64,000 nucleotides of DNA from a virus: positions 32,001-96,000 of IMG/VR virus record IMGVR_UViG_3300044729_001198; one strand, written 5' to 3'. Each line of letters begins with the position of its first letter. Within the stretch, counting starts at the first letter, position 1. Shown piece by piece: positions 47,529 to 57,566 of the stretch. The notes beneath the pieces were generated by a model. That model had not been told where the DNA came from. It was given only the letters and a program-made list of their open reading frames with translations, and ran no database searches. A program made the position numbers and the translations under genes.

Positions 47529-48220
47529 AAAAATACAATCTCATTGGTATCAGGATTCCAATCAACACTAACAGGTCGTTGAGTATAATTGTATCGTTCG
47601 TCTAATACTGCTGCGTTAAAGAAATGTGTACCATTTTCAAACTTATAACCATACCCGGTATGAATATGACCACAAACATGAATCTTTGGTTTAACTTCCT
47701 TGATACGCTCGGCCAATAATTCACAACCCAATGGGATGGAACGGCTATGATAAACTGTATCTAAATTACCCCAAGATGGTCCGTGAGTAACAAGAATATC
47801 GGTATCATCAGGAATACCTTTCCATTTCACTTCCAGTTCCCAACCATTTCTTGGCAAGTTAAATGCCCAATTATAAAATTCCGGCTGCCAAGGACTACCA
47901 TAAATCTTAACCAGATTATCCATATCTTCGCCAACTTTCAACCAATCATCTTCTAAATAATCGATAGTTTTATAGCCAGTTAAAATTCCTCTCGATACAT
48001 CTGGCGCATTTTCCATCCACCTATCATGATTACCAGCAATGAATATTTTATGGTCGTAGTTATTAATATTATCAAGCCAATCAAAGAACTCAATTGCTTC
48101 AGTTTGATGGTAACCTGAATTCATAAAATCACCCGCATGAATCAGTAAATCACCGCCCGGCAAATCTTCCGTAATATTTCGGTGTTTAGTGTGTGTGTCT
48201 GATATAAACGTAATTTTCAT
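47525..48220 (-). CDS. Metallophosphoesterase (MPPED/239FB-like)
   Basis: ISDTH, HAGD, AGNHD, VTHGP, CGHIH. Confidence 0.9.
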   Translation of the reverse strand: MKITFISDTHTKHRNITEDLPGGDLLIHAGDFMNSGYHQTEAIEFFDWLDNINNYDHKIFIAGNHDRWMENAPDVSRGILTGYKTIDYLEDDWLKVGEDMDNLVKIYGSPWQPEFYNWAFNLPRNGWELEVKWKGIPDDTDILVTHGPSWGNLDTVYHSRSIPLGCELLAERIKEVKPKIHVCGHIHTGYGYKFENGTHFFNAAVLDERYNYTQRPVSVDWNPDTNEIVFL

Positions 48221-48408
48221 ATTAATCTCTTTTCTCTATTTCTTTTAGGACATCCTTTATGCCCCATAATGCCGCCAAAACTATGGCTATTATTCCAACT
48301 AAAATTGCTATTAATTTCATATACTTGTAGGTCTACCACAATAAATCATGGTGTTAATTTTTTCTTGTTCTAACCATCCAAGAAAATTCCAAATCTTTTT
48401 TAATGTTC

Positions 48409-48702
48409 TCATGCTGGATATTTTGACTTTGGAGAACATCCCATCAAAATTCCAATACGGAATCCATCGGCTATGTATTTTTTAAATTTAAATTTTTTTG
48501 AAACTTCTTTAATGATTTCTTCCAAACGCTCGTGCTCTATCTCGTATTCGAGATACGGAATCACCTTTTGACCCATTTCATTAAGTTCAGCATTTTCTAC
48601 TAATTGGTCAAAATCAGCGGATGGTGTTGCTTCATTGTAGAGTCTACGATAGCATTCTAAAAACGCATCATCAATCTTCTTTTGTTGTCGTGTTGTATAC
48701 AT
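48409..48702 (-). CDS. Hypothetical protein
   Basis: ORF track. Confidence 0.55.
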   Translation of the reverse strand: MYTTRQQKKIDDAFLECYRRLYNEATPSADFDQLVENAELNEMGQKVIPYLEYEIEHERLEEIIKEVSKKFKFKKYIADGFRIGILMGCSPKSKYPA

Positions 48703-48880
48703 CTGATATCAAATTACTATTATTAAGTTTGTGACTTAAACATTCTTTACACATCAATGGTAGGCAGTCTTGATTACCATCCATACATTCTTTTTCAAAT
48801 TGAGACATTTCACCCCGTGTCTTTATCACACAACCACAATCACTACACACAGCACCAATGTCGTTATGTATCCGTTTCAT
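48671..48880 (-). CDS. Small CxxC...CxxC Zn-ribbon-like protein
   Basis: CSDCG and CKEC. Confidence 0.5.
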   Translation of the reverse strand: MKRIHNDIGAVCSDCGCVIKTRGEMSQFEKECMDGNQDCLPLMCKECLSHKLNNSNLISDVYNTTTKED

Positions 48881-49086
48881 GGTTTTCTAAAAACTGATTT
48901 GAATACGTTAAACCAAAATATAAAAGACATTATAGGCCATACTAATATTGTCGATATTCTTTCAGGATGCCCAAAGTATATTTTCTCTTCAGCATCACTT
49001 ATTTTGTTTATTCTAAAAATAACAAGGTCCATCAAAAACATATGAGCCAGCCCAAGGAGTAAATACAATATAATGTAACTTATCAT
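48877..49086 (-). CDS. Small two-TM protein
   Basis: Two hydrophobic helices. Confidence 0.55.
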   Translation of the reverse strand: MISYIILYLLLGLAHMFLMDLVIFRINKISDAEEKIYFGHPERISTILVWPIMSFIFWFNVFKSVFRKP

Positions 49087-49255
49087 TTCTTAAACCCCCA
49101 ATTGAAAGAAAGACCCTTGTTTAAGAATACAATCTCAAATGTGTAATGACCATATAGTAATCTATCTGGTGTTATTTTCATGGTAGGAAGCAAGTACCAT
49201 TGGTATCCTATTGTGTACGTTTCAATCTTCATATTACAAATATACAAAAAATATT

Positions 49256-49501
49256 TTAATTTTCCAAATCATTTTTAAACCACTCGTTGATATCGTGGAT
49301 GTTCATGTCGTGAACGAATATTGGAGTAGACTCTCCTACATAAGCGGACCATGTATTAAACTCAAGAAACTCAACAGCCTCCTCTTCAGACATACCATCG
49401 TTGGTCAAAATATCGACCATTTTTTGTTTAGAGTAAACTACACGTTGATATTCAGTATCAACTCCGAGTATAGCTTCATCGTAACCAAATGCAAGAATCA
49501 T
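49256..49501 (-). CDS. Hypothetical acidic protein
   Basis: GYDEAILG...VVYS...EEAVEFLEFNT..AYVGE.TPIF; 5' end may extend further. Confidence 0.6.
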   Translation of the reverse strand: MILAFGYDEAILGVDTEYQRVVYSKQKMVDILTNDGMSEEEAVEFLEFNTWSAYVGESTPIFVHDMNIHDINEWFKNDLEN

Positions 49502-49586
49502 AATAAGTAGTTTAATAAAAGGTGACCAAATCCAATTCCTGCCAAAAAGTAAATTAGGTTATTTAACCAATTAGGATATTTCATAT

Positions 49587-50183
49587 TTAGTTGTTTAAAA
49601 GTTTTAAAATTTTATCTATTACACCACTCTGTTTAATTCCCTCACTTGAGTAGGGTGTGTGAACAAAGTTGGTCAATCCGGCCTTGTCATCAGAACCATT
49701 ACTGGCTATAAAATGATTGCTTAAAAAATCAATAGACATATCTAAATCATCCACAGCGACCCAATGGGTAATTTCAGAATGATTATTCAACCAATGTTGA
49801 ATCTCCATACTACGTTCCAATTCCAAATCAGCTCTAAATCGTAATACAGACCACTCCCTTGGGTGTATGTCTTTAAACATATCAGTTGTTGCGATTGGTC
49901 GTTTGATAATACCCTGTGATGTGTAGTAATCACCCAACTCTTCCAAATTAGCGTGAAATCGCCAATCGGAACTAACTACTATTTCAGCACCAGTCTCCGT
50001 TAAGATTTTATTAAGAACTTCAATAGCGCCTTTATCAAAATCATCAAACCGGTATTGAACCGGTATTTCACGAGATGTCATAGACAATTTACGACCACCC
50101 CATTTTTCTTGTTTCTTGTAACGACCACCCCAATTGTTGGATAGGCATATAACGCCATCGTTATCTAAAAATATTACTTTCAT
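49587..50183 (-). CDS. HAD-family phosphatase (HAD_SAK_2-like); start moved to MKVIFLD
   Basis: FLDNDGV (DxD), VVSSDWR, AVDD. Confidence 0.8.
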   Translation of the reverse strand: MKVIFLDNDGVICLSNNWGGRYKKQEKWGGRKLSMTSREIPVQYRFDDFDKGAIEVLNKILTETGAEIVVSSDWRFHANLEELGDYYTSQGIIKRPIATTDMFKDIHPREWSVLRFRADLELERSMEIQHWLNNHSEITHWVAVDDLDMSIDFLSNHFIASNGSDDKAGLTNFVHTPYSSEGIKQSGVIDKILKLLNN

Positions 50184-50187
50184 TTTT

Positions 50188-50403
50188 TTATCTATATAAA
50201 GTGACAAATGACCCAAAGTGTCGGTCAAAGACCTGTACAAGGTTTTCATAGTCACCACTCTTCATCTCATCCAAAATTGGTTTGGAATCAATACCAAGTT
50301 GTTTAGCAAAATTTGAAGCAGTTCCCAAAAGGAAAAATGCGTTACCTTGTGGACCGGTCAAGTCGATTTCGATACCACGAGTATTTGATTTAGTTTTTAT
50401 CAT
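50188..50403 (-). CDS. Hypothetical protein
   Basis: IDLTGPQGNAFFLLG...DEMKSGDYENL. Confidence 0.65.
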   Translation of the reverse strand: MIKTKSNTRGIEIDLTGPQGNAFFLLGTASNFAKQLGIDSKPILDEMKSGDYENLVQVFDRHFGSFVTLYR

Positions 50404-50409
50404 AACTTA

Positions 50410-50745
50410 TTAGATTAAGTAAGCAGGTCCGTAAGCACCATAGTTAGCAGTTCCTTCGATTACGTTACCACGAGCGTGTTTAGCAGCTTGGTTTCGACCA
50501 GCAGGTTTCATCAAGTCACCTTTACGAATTTGAACACCTTTGTGAATCATTGGGATTCTAGCGATAAATCCCCAAACAGAATTACCAGATACGATTTTGT
50601 AAAACTTACTTCCACGTTTGACAACCACATTAGGAACTGGCAAGCAACTGAATTTGGTTTCGTAATACTCTTTAATTTGATTTTTCAACATTGATTCGAA
50701 CTCTTCGATAGTTGAACACGGGGTGGGTTTAAAAATTTCTTCCAT
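50410..50745 (-). CDS. Hypothetical protein
   Basis: KFYKIV...VWGFI...GDLMKPAG..AAKHARGN; own promoter cassette. Confidence 0.65.
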   Translation of the reverse strand: MEEIFKPTPCSTIEEFESMLKNQIKEYYETKFSCLPVPNVVVKRGSKFYKIVSGNSVWGFIARIPMIHKGVQIRKGDLMKPAGRNQAAKHARGNVIEGTANYGAYGPAYLI

Positions 50746-50911
50746 AACTTATCTCTCTTATTACTCTGTAAAGATACGAATAATTCCCGATATTACAAAC
50801 TTTCAATGTTATCAAATTGTTAAATTTAAAAAAGAATTAGAGGAAACGATATCATCACTCCTAACCAAATCAATAAGTAGATGGTGGTTTTCAACTCATG
50901 TTTATCTATCT

Positions 50912-51157
50912 TCATGTGTTGTTCTTTAATAACAATACCAATACTTCCAAGTCACCAGCTCCTTTGATTTTTAAAGTCATCGAGTCAAATATAAAACCAT
51001 GCCACCCTTCGACTTCTGCGCTCTCATTATCATTTGACATAATACAAATATCACCAATGTCAATAGTATAATAATGGAATGGGGTGTCAGCGCCTGATTC
51101 TTCGATTGATACATCAACTCGTTCGAATCCTAAATCTATAAATGTTTGTTCAGTCAT
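50912..51157 (-). CDS. Hypothetical protein
   Basis: ORF track. Confidence 0.55.
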   Translation of the reverse strand: MTEQTFIDLGFERVDVSIEESGADTPFHYYTIDIGDICIMSNDNESAEVEGWHGFIFDSMTLKIKGAGDLEVLVLLLKNNT

Positions 51158-51159
51158 AA

Positions 51160-51633
51160 TTATGAAAAATTGGTTGAGTCTGAAATACGAAGACCATCAA
51201 CATATCGTTCCACATGGCGAAACCAATTGGTTCGTGGGTGTTCGGTATCATATGATTGTAAATCCCAACCATCAGTACACCACGTTAACGCCATTTCAAT
51301 AAATTCATGAGTCGGTATCAATTCACCATACTCATCAACAACTCGACCGGAGTTAATAAACCTAAATAAACTTTCTTGGTCATGGTAATATTTGTTATCA
51401 TGAAAATTCCACAAGAACTTCCAACCACCACTTCGTTTACCTAAATGGATGTTTATTTCATTTGTGAATTCACCCCAAGGATTATCATATTCCCAGTCGC
51501 CGGTTGGAATGGTATTGAACTCACGTTCAATATTAGCGGGTGTCATTTCCATATTGGAAATACGTTCTTGGAGTCGAGCTTTACGTTGTTCAACTTCTTC
51601 AACGGATGGTATTCGATAATAGTTAGTTCCCAT
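51160..51633 (-). CDS. Hypothetical protein
   Basis: MGTNYY...HLGKRSGGWKFLW...VVDEYG. Confidence 0.65.
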   Translation of the reverse strand: MGTNYYRIPSVEEVEQRKARLQERISNMEMTPANIEREFNTIPTGDWEYDNPWGEFTNEINIHLGKRSGGWKFLWNFHDNKYYHDQESLFRFINSGRVVDEYGELIPTHEFIEMALTWCTDGWDLQSYDTEHPRTNWFRHVERYVDGLRISDSTNFS

Positions 51634-51687
51634 GTTTTATTTTTTATTAGATTGTAAAGATAGTGAATAATTTTGAGATTTCCAAAT

Positions 51688-51936
51688 TTATTTTACAAAA
51701 ATACTATCAATGTAGATAGTGTCGCCAACACCATGTGGTTTTCGTGATTTTACCACTACATCATATTGGTTCACATATAATTTCCAATATGGGTCAAGTT
51801 GCATTACATTGTCATGACCAACCCCATGGTACTCTACGGAATCAACAACACACTTAACACTTTTACGTTCGGTTGTGGATTGTGTACATGACATAATAGT
51901 CAATGTCAATAATCCTAATAGATTAATCTTCTTCAT
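51688..51936 (-). CDS. Putative lipoprotein
   Basis: MKKINLLGLLTLTIMSC lipobox. Confidence 0.65.
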   Translation of the reverse strand: MKKINLLGLLTLTIMSCTQSTTERKSVKCVVDSVEYHGVGHDNVMQLDPYWKLYVNQYDVVVKSRKPHGVGDTIYIDSIFVK

Positions 51937-52387
51937 AGTATTTTATTTCAACGTTTGCTTCTTTAAACATTTCAATTGAACGAATCGCATGTTCGTCCCA
52001 TATTCCGCCAGTTGCTCCACCATTACGTTCGAGGTACACTCGTTTGATTCCTGAATTAATAATTCCACGAGTACAATCGGTACAACACATACCACACGTC
52101 AAATACATTGTAGAATCTTTCAGAGACACACCAATCCTAGCCGCATTGTAAATAGCATTTCGTTCAGCGTGTTCAAACCAATAGTATTTTTCAGGTCGGT
52201 CTTGTCGCCAATCCAACTCATCATTAATCCCTCGTGGGAATGAGTTATAGCCGGTAGATATGATTTCATTATCCTTACCAACCACAACCGCACCTATTTG
52301 AGTTCGAATATCTTTCGACTTTAATTTTACTTGATGAGCGATATTTCTAAAGTATGTGTTCCAATTCATTTTCAGATTCCTTATCAC
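51923..52387 (-). CDS. dCMP deaminase / ComEB-like (likely start 52369)
   Basis: IGAVVV...STGYN.FPRG...HAERNAI...MCCTDC. Confidence 0.9.
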   Translation of the reverse strand: MIRNLKMNWNTYFRNIAHQVKLKSKDIRTQIGAVVVGKDNEIISTGYNSFPRGINDELDWRQDRPEKYYWFEHAERNAIYNAARIGVSLKDSTMYLTCGMCCTDCTRGIINSGIKRVYLERNGGATGGIWDEHAIRSIEMFKEANVEIKYYEED

Positions 52388-52390
52388 AAT

Positions 52391-52777
52391 TTAGTATGGT
52401 AATTCAATATCAGCCAGTTTGTTTCGTAGTTTGTGGTCGTCCCAAAGAGCCCGTAATACCAATCGGGGTGTTGCTATATCTCCGAAGAAAACACCAAGAC
52501 CGATTACATATTTGAATCTTGCGTTTCGAGGTCCAAAATTAAAACTTAATAAGAACTTTGAATCCCCAGTCAACGTATCCGAGTAGTCTCGTTCGAGTCG
52601 AACGTCATCAACACGTTGGTTTCCAATAAGTGGGTCGTAAATTTGTATACTCTGCCACATGATACCAATGTCACCCTTACCTATGATTTCTTCGATTGAA
52701 TTTAAATGTACTTCAGTAATTTCCACAACGTGTCTTTTTGTATTTTCAAATATACAACATAATATCGATATTTCCAA
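52391..52777 (-). CDS. Hypothetical protein (start uncertain)
   Basis: ORF track. Confidence 0.45.
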   Translation of the reverse strand: MEISILCCIFENTKRHVVEITEVHLNSIEEIIGKGDIGIMWQSIQIYDPLIGNQRVDDVRLERDYSDTLTGDSKFLLSFNFGPRNARFKYVIGLGVFFGDIATPRLVLRALWDDHKLRNKLADIELPY

Positions 52778-52812
52778 GCATGCGCTTTAAAAAAATTTAA
52801 TCATTTTTAGCT

Positions 52813-53106
52813 TTATGGCTCTGGGGCTCTATGGGGCTTGGGTAGGTATTTTTGTTGATAAGAATACATCTTTCGTAAAACCTCTCGTGACGTATCATTC
52901 AATGTAGAGGTTTCTTTTATGATGTATTCACATTCGGGGGTTCTTAACAAGTACCGATGTTCAATATGACCCGACGCATGGGTCATGAGTGGTGAAAGCA
53001 CCAATTCGTACACATACCCATCTTCATCAATACGCAACTCGGCACCTTTCCAAGTCATTTCACTTAACGCAGCCCATTGTTCATCGGTGATAGGTTTTGG
53101 GTTCAT
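52813..53106 (-). CDS. Hypothetical protein
   Basis: ORF track. Confidence 0.55.
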   Translation of the reverse strand: MNPKPITDEQWAALSEMTWKGAELRIDEDGYVYELVLSPLMTHASGHIEHRYLLRTPECEYIIKETSTLNDTSREVLRKMYSYQQKYLPKPHRAPEP

Positions 53107-53336
53107 TTCTCTTTGGCGTTAAATGTTTCATTGTGCAGTTTAACAAAGTATTCCGCTGTTTCTTTTAACATCTCACCGCTCCGTACAACGTAATATTCTG
53201 ACAAGACATCACCATCCTCAAATAGGATTGGTTCTACTGGCTCTATGGTTCTACACCAACATTGTTCACCTTGAGAACAAGTTCCGGTTTTCCACTTGGC
53301 AGTGAATGATTTGTCTATTGCTTCTTGATAGGTCAT
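53103..53336 (-). CDS. Hypothetical protein (Cys cluster CSQGEQCWC)
   Basis: ORF track; ATGA coupling. Confidence 0.55.
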   Translation of the reverse strand: MTYQEAIDKSFTAKWKTGTCSQGEQCWCRTIEPVEPILFEDGDVLSEYYVVRSGEMLKETAEYFVKLHNETFNAKEK

Positions 53337-53515
53337 TTTAGTTTACTATTAAATAAATCTTTTGCAAGTTGTTCATCACCATCTTCTTCAAAGAAAACGC
53401 CGATAATAAAATCAGCTTCTTCAATTGTACATTTGTTTTCAATTACGTCAATGTAGGTTTCTACACTAACACCTAATGACTCGGCTATCAGTTCGTCTAT
53501 AAATTCAAATAACAT
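53333..53515 (-). CDS. Hypothetical acidic protein
   Basis: ORF track. Confidence 0.55.
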   Translation of the reverse strand: MLFEFIDELIAESLGVSVETYIDVIENKCTIEEADFIIGVFFEEDGDEQLAKDLFNSKLK

Positions 53516-53516
53516 A

Positions 53517-53795
53517 TTAATCTATTTCAGGAATTTTTACTGAATGTTGGTATGACTTAATATTGATTTCCATTTTTACATTATTCCAATAAGTAATATA
53601 TTCTTCCGTAACAGGTTGGTCAGCAACACTATCCAATAAATTTACCACGGAAAAATATGCACACATGATGGCTTCTTTGTATCTTGATTCACAGCTATTG
53701 ATACCATAATCAGAATATCCGTTATTGGGTAACGAATAGTAAAATTTATTGATAATCAATATAGCTTGTTCTTTTGAGGTCATGCGCTTATCCAA
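53517..53795 (-). CDS. Hypothetical protein
   Basis: ORF track. Confidence 0.55.
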   Translation of the reverse strand: MDKRMTSKEQAILIINKFYYSLPNNGYSDYGINSCESRYKEAIMCAYFSVVNLLDSVADQPVTEEYITYWNNVKMEINIKSYQHSVKIPEID

Positions 53796-54085
53796 TCAAT
53801 AGTATCTTTAAACATAAGTGATTCTCTACCATCGTATTCTTCGATGAAAAATTGTGTACCTTCTACGACCCAAACAACACTTAATTCGTCAACACCACCG
53901 GTGTATACATCTGGATAGGTTTTTTCAACATATTCCAAAGCATCATCGTATTTTTGATTTTCAATTAAATAAATTAGTTCAGGGTCAAATATTGCCCGTA
54001 GGGGAGCTCCCCATGTGTAGAACCCTGCGCCCCATCCGCCGGAAATAAGAACTCCGACCATTCCATCTCTAATTACTTTTTTCAT
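53780..54085 (-). CDS. Hypothetical protein
   Basis: KVIRDG.V.VLIS.GWGAGFYTW...FFIEEYDGRES. Confidence 0.65.
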   Translation of the reverse strand: MKKVIRDGMVGVLISGGWGAGFYTWGAPLRAIFDPELIYLIENQKYDDALEYVEKTYPDVYTGGVDELSVVWVVEGTQFFIEEYDGRESLMFKDTIDWISA

Positions 54086-54278
54086 TTACTATACCTTTTT
54101 TTAAGTCTGCTTTAATTTTCCACATAGATTCTCTATAGAACATATAACTGTGTCTTGCTTGTTGACCACCCTTTACATTGTGTAAATCTGAAATCAAATC
54201 ATCCATCAATCTGGATAAGAAATCCAAATCTTCAAATACAGTGTTTAATGCCTCTTCGCTTACTTTAAATGTTTTCAT
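54069..54278 (-). CDS. Hypothetical protein
   Basis: ORF track. Confidence 0.55.
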   Translation of the reverse strand: MKTFKVSEEALNTVFEDLDFLSRLMDDLISDLHNVKGGQQARHSYMFYRESMWKIKADLKKGIVNEKSN

Positions 54279-54414
54279 CTTATTTTTATTTAGTCAATTG
54301 GTTCATAAATTGTGTAGGGTTCGGAAACACCATCTTGATTAAAACGTTGGACTGTAATTTCTTTACAATACCCAACTCCCTCTATGTATACTATGTTATT
54401 CATCTTATTCTGAT

Positions 54415-54600
54415 TTATTTAGTTGTTTTAATAAAACCACTTACCCAAAAGTTTGAACGAGCTTGACCGGTGTCCTTCATCACCTTTGCAATAGCTTCGT
54501 TTTCAACATTTACATTAGGTATGCCTTTAATGTATTTAAACTCATAGTCAACTTTGTTCTTGAGGTCTTGTACAATAAACCCCTTATAAGTATTTTTCAT
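54415..54600 (-). CDS. Hypothetical protein
   Basis: ORF track; AAGAGAT leader. Confidence 0.55.
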   Translation of the reverse strand: MKNTYKGFIVQDLKNKVDYEFKYIKGIPNVNVENEAIAKVMKDTGQARSNFWVSGFIKTTK

Positions 54601-54605
54601 ATCTC

Positions 54606-55385
54606 TTATTTTACTGCGTTAAGTTTTGATTGAAGTTTAGTGAGTTCTTTCTGATAACCCTTACGACTTCGAGTCGGCCACTCGATGTTTTGAGTTCTCC
54701 AAAATTCAATACCATGCTTTTTAGATTTCTTAACCGATTCGAGATATTCAGTCTCACTATTGTTAAAATTATCAGCAGCACCATTCTTAATGATTTGTTC
54801 CCAAGATGGATTATTATGAGACCAGTGACCCTCTTTTGTTAAAATCGTCCCAATCCGTTCATCGGTAATACCCTCAATTGAAGAGAGGTTGTAGTCAATC
54901 TCAAGAATTCGATTTTCGTAATTTTGGATTTCTTGTTCCAACTTTTCAATCTTGGTCAACTTCTTGTATTGTTCTTGATACTCACGAGCCAACTCTGATT
55001 TGATTCGTGGCATCTTGGTCTTGGTCAAGTATCGTAGGTGAAGTCGTTGGATGTTGTAACCACCAGCGTAGATGGCTTCGGTGAAGAACTGATAAACTTC
55101 AGACCCACGACCAATCTTAGCACTAATCTCAATTCCCTTACCACCCTCACACCAATTCATACTAATCAACTTGTCTTCCGAAGACACATAGTTTTGGAGA
55201 GCCTTCATAAGGTCAATCACCAAACTCAAACGAAGCATCTCTTTGTACCACTCACTAACCTTCATCACACGGCCAGTACGTTCAAGGAACTCTTTCTTTT
55301 CACTCTCGATAATACGTTCAACGATACCATTCATCGGAACTTTCAACTCATAAAGGATTTCTTCTTTAATACTCATATCTCTCAT
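54606..55385 (-). CDS. Hypothetical coiled-coil protein (likely start 55376)
   Basis: ORF track; early-type cassette upstream. Confidence 0.65.
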   Translation of the reverse strand: MRDMSIKEEILYELKVPMNGIVERIIESEKKEFLERTGRVMKVSEWYKEMLRLSLVIDLMKALQNYVSSEDKLISMNWCEGGKGIEISAKIGRGSEVYQFFTEAIYAGGYNIQRLHLRYLTKTKMPRIKSELAREYQEQYKKLTKIEKLEQEIQNYENRILEIDYNLSSIEGITDERIGTILTKEGHWSHNNPSWEQIIKNGAADNFNNSETEYLESVKKSKKHGIEFWRTQNIEWPTRSRKGYQKELTKLQSKLNAVK

Positions 55386-55480
55386 TGATTACAGAGTAAA
55401 GGTACAACAAAGGGTTGATATATCCAAATATCGTGTGTTAACAAATTGTTAAGGTTTCGGTGAAGTAAAAACAAATCAGC

Positions 55481-55810
55481 TTAAATAGAATTCAAGGGAG
55501 TATCATCACTATATAATTGACCAGATGGAACATGATGATATAACTTATACCACTCACCATACATATAACGTAGTATAGAGGTATCATAAGAAGATATAAC
55601 CCCATCAGAGTATAAGTCAACATCATAGGTAGGATATACCAACTTCCAATGAAACCACCCCCTTCGGATATCCCCATTAACAAGTTTAACATAGACCCTT
55701 CCAGCCTCATCAGATGTATACCCCAACCTAACGGAGTCCCCAGAGGACATCCTATTTAAAGCAATTATTTGTTCTTCAGTCATAGTGTTACCAATATACA
55801 AATCAGTCAT
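55481..55810 (-). CDS. Hypothetical protein
   Basis: ORF track; promoter at 55817-55848. Confidence 0.55.
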   Translation of the reverse strand: MTDLYIGNTMTEEQIIALNRMSSGDSVRLGYTSDEAGRVYVKLVNGDIRRGWFHWKLVYPTYDVDLYSDGVISSYDTSILRYMYGEWYKLYHHVPSGQLYSDDTPLNSI

Positions 55811-55919
55811 GTAACCTAAATATACAAAAAAGATTCGACATATCCAAATTAGGTTTAAGACTTATAATCCATCATTATTAGAGTGTACCCTTATATAACC
55901 AATGGAATGAGCTAAATAA

Positions 55920-55955
55920 GAATTAGGGCATAGGAATTAGGGCATAGGAATTAGG
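55920..55955. repeat. 14-bp tandem repeat GAATTAGGGCATAG x2.6
   Basis: Read directly in non-coding DNA. Confidence 0.9.
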
Positions 55956-56138
55956 TCTGTGTCCGTGTCTACACGGGTTCGGAGGGGACTTTTCTCCCCA
56001 GCGAAAAAACCGGGCTCGATAGAAAAACGGACTACACGAGCGTCTAACTCATTGACCCTCAGCGGTTTACAAGAAAATGCCCCCCCCCCTGCTCGAGTAT
56101 CTTTCATCACCTTTAAAGGCTTACGGGGGTTTGTGGGC

Positions 56139-56399
56139 TTATTTCACTTTCATCTCTGGCCATACGCCATATACCTCATAATGGCGTTTTTGGAAATACT
56201 GAACCTTGTTTAGTGCGCTAATCTGGTCAAGGGCTGTCTTTGCGTTCATTAGCTTATCGGTCCAATACTGAACCTTGGGGATATACCCTTGGCTATACTT
56301 TACCTCTTCTACTATAAGGGGAACGCCTTTCTTGTTGGCTTCTTGTAGTTTGTTATCCATATTGGACAACCACATTTCGAACTCTTGTATCTTGTTCAT
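56139..56399 (-). CDS. Hypothetical protein
   Basis: ORF track. Confidence 0.6.
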   Translation of the reverse strand: MNKIQEFEMWLSNMDNKLQEANKKGVPLIVEEVKYSQGYIPKVQYWTDKLMNAKTALDQISALNKVQYFQKRHYEVYGVWPEMKVK

Positions 56400-56424
56400 A
56401 TACTGGGTGTTAGCTATTTTTATT

Positions 56425-57003
56425 TTATTTCACTTCATGTCCCATCCCAACCAAGATAGTCTTGGCCTTTGCGGGGTTCATCTTGGTACTACTATCGGTG
56501 TAGTATTTAATCACTTGACTAAAGGCACGACCCTCATTAAGGACCTCGTTAAGGATAGCTTCTACAGTACCGAAGCGTGGTCGGTTGTTAACGTGGACAT
56601 ACTTAACACCGGCTTGGAGTTCCATTCCTTTGTCAGTTTTAGCACCCGAAGCCTCATAGTCTTCATATATGTCGTACATTCCGTTGAACTTTCCGTACTC
56701 CCATAGGTTAGCAAACTGATTAATTTCTTTAAAGATTTTCTCACTCACCTCACCACCGATTTTGTTGTGGACATATACGTCCAAGGAGTTACCACCAGCG
56801 AAGGAGTCTGATTTAACCTTGACTACCACGTCTTGGTTCTTATACATCTTCTTAACAAACTGCTTGACCAACGACCCAGCGTCAGCGTGACTGACATAAA
56901 TGTACTGGCGACCTTGGTAATTACGAAGGGCTTTAGCAGACAATTCGTAGATTTCGTTGTTGATTTGGACTTGGATTTTGTTTTGGTTTTTCATATCTCT
57001 CAT
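56425..57003 (-). CDS. LPD29-like polyvalent-protein domain protein (likely start 56994)
   Basis: VKVKSDSFAGGNSLDV...FNGMYDIYE...GVKYVHVNNR resembles the recalled LPD29 pattern. Confidence 0.55.
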   Translation of the reverse strand: MRDMKNQNKIQVQINNEIYELSAKALRNYQGRQYIYVSHADAGSLVKQFVKKMYKNQDVVVKVKSDSFAGGNSLDVYVHNKIGGEVSEKIFKEINQFANLWEYGKFNGMYDIYEDYEASGAKTDKGMELQAGVKYVHVNNRPRFGTVEAILNEVLNEGRAFSQVIKYYTDSSTKMNPAKAKTILVGMGHEVK

Positions 57004-57078
57004 TCTTACAGAGTAAAGGTACTGATTATTATTGGATAATACAAGCGTCTAATGTTAACAAATCGTTAAATTTTAATC

Positions 57079-57201
57079 TCAATTAACTTTGTGTTTAATC
57101 CACATAACTGCCGGTTTGATAGCATCTTCGTTCTGATAGTACCAATACATCCACTTAATGACCTTAAAAGCGGCAGGAAAAATAAACTCTAATAGACTCA
57201 T
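57079..57201 (-). CDS. 40-aa protein behind an early-type cassette (not in track)
   Basis: MSLLEFIFPAAFKVIKWMYWYYQNEDAIKPAVMWIKHKVN. Confidence 0.5.
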   Translation of the reverse strand: MSLLEFIFPAAFKVIKWMYWYYQNEDAIKPAVMWIKHKVN

Positions 57202-57452
57202 CTCAATCATTACAGAGTAAAGGTAATGATAGTATTTCAATAAAACAAGCTTTTAATGTTAATTTTTTGTTAAGTTTTCAACAAGTTATTAACACTCTGG
57301 AACCCTTATTCCCGTTGAGTTCCAGAGCCCCGTGTTATTATTTAGCTATTTTTTTTTATATAATAGCACCCGCACAGTACAAATATACGAAATAATATGC
57401 AACTTGCCAAATATCTTGCCATTTTTTTCAAAAAAGTTATTAACAATTTCTT

Positions 57453-57566
57453 GCACTTAAACCTTTACTTTAAGTGACATTGTGTCAGGCCGGCACTTAA
57501 AGCTTTACTTTAAATAAAAATTCCAATCGTAGCACTTAAAGCTTTACTTTAACTGACATCGTGTCA
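57453..57566. repeat. Three 21-bp direct repeats GCACTTAAA(C/G)CTTTACTTTAA plus two TGACA-N3-TGTCA palindromes
   Basis: Copies start at 57453, 57493 and 57532; palindromes at 57475 and 57554. Confidence 0.9.
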
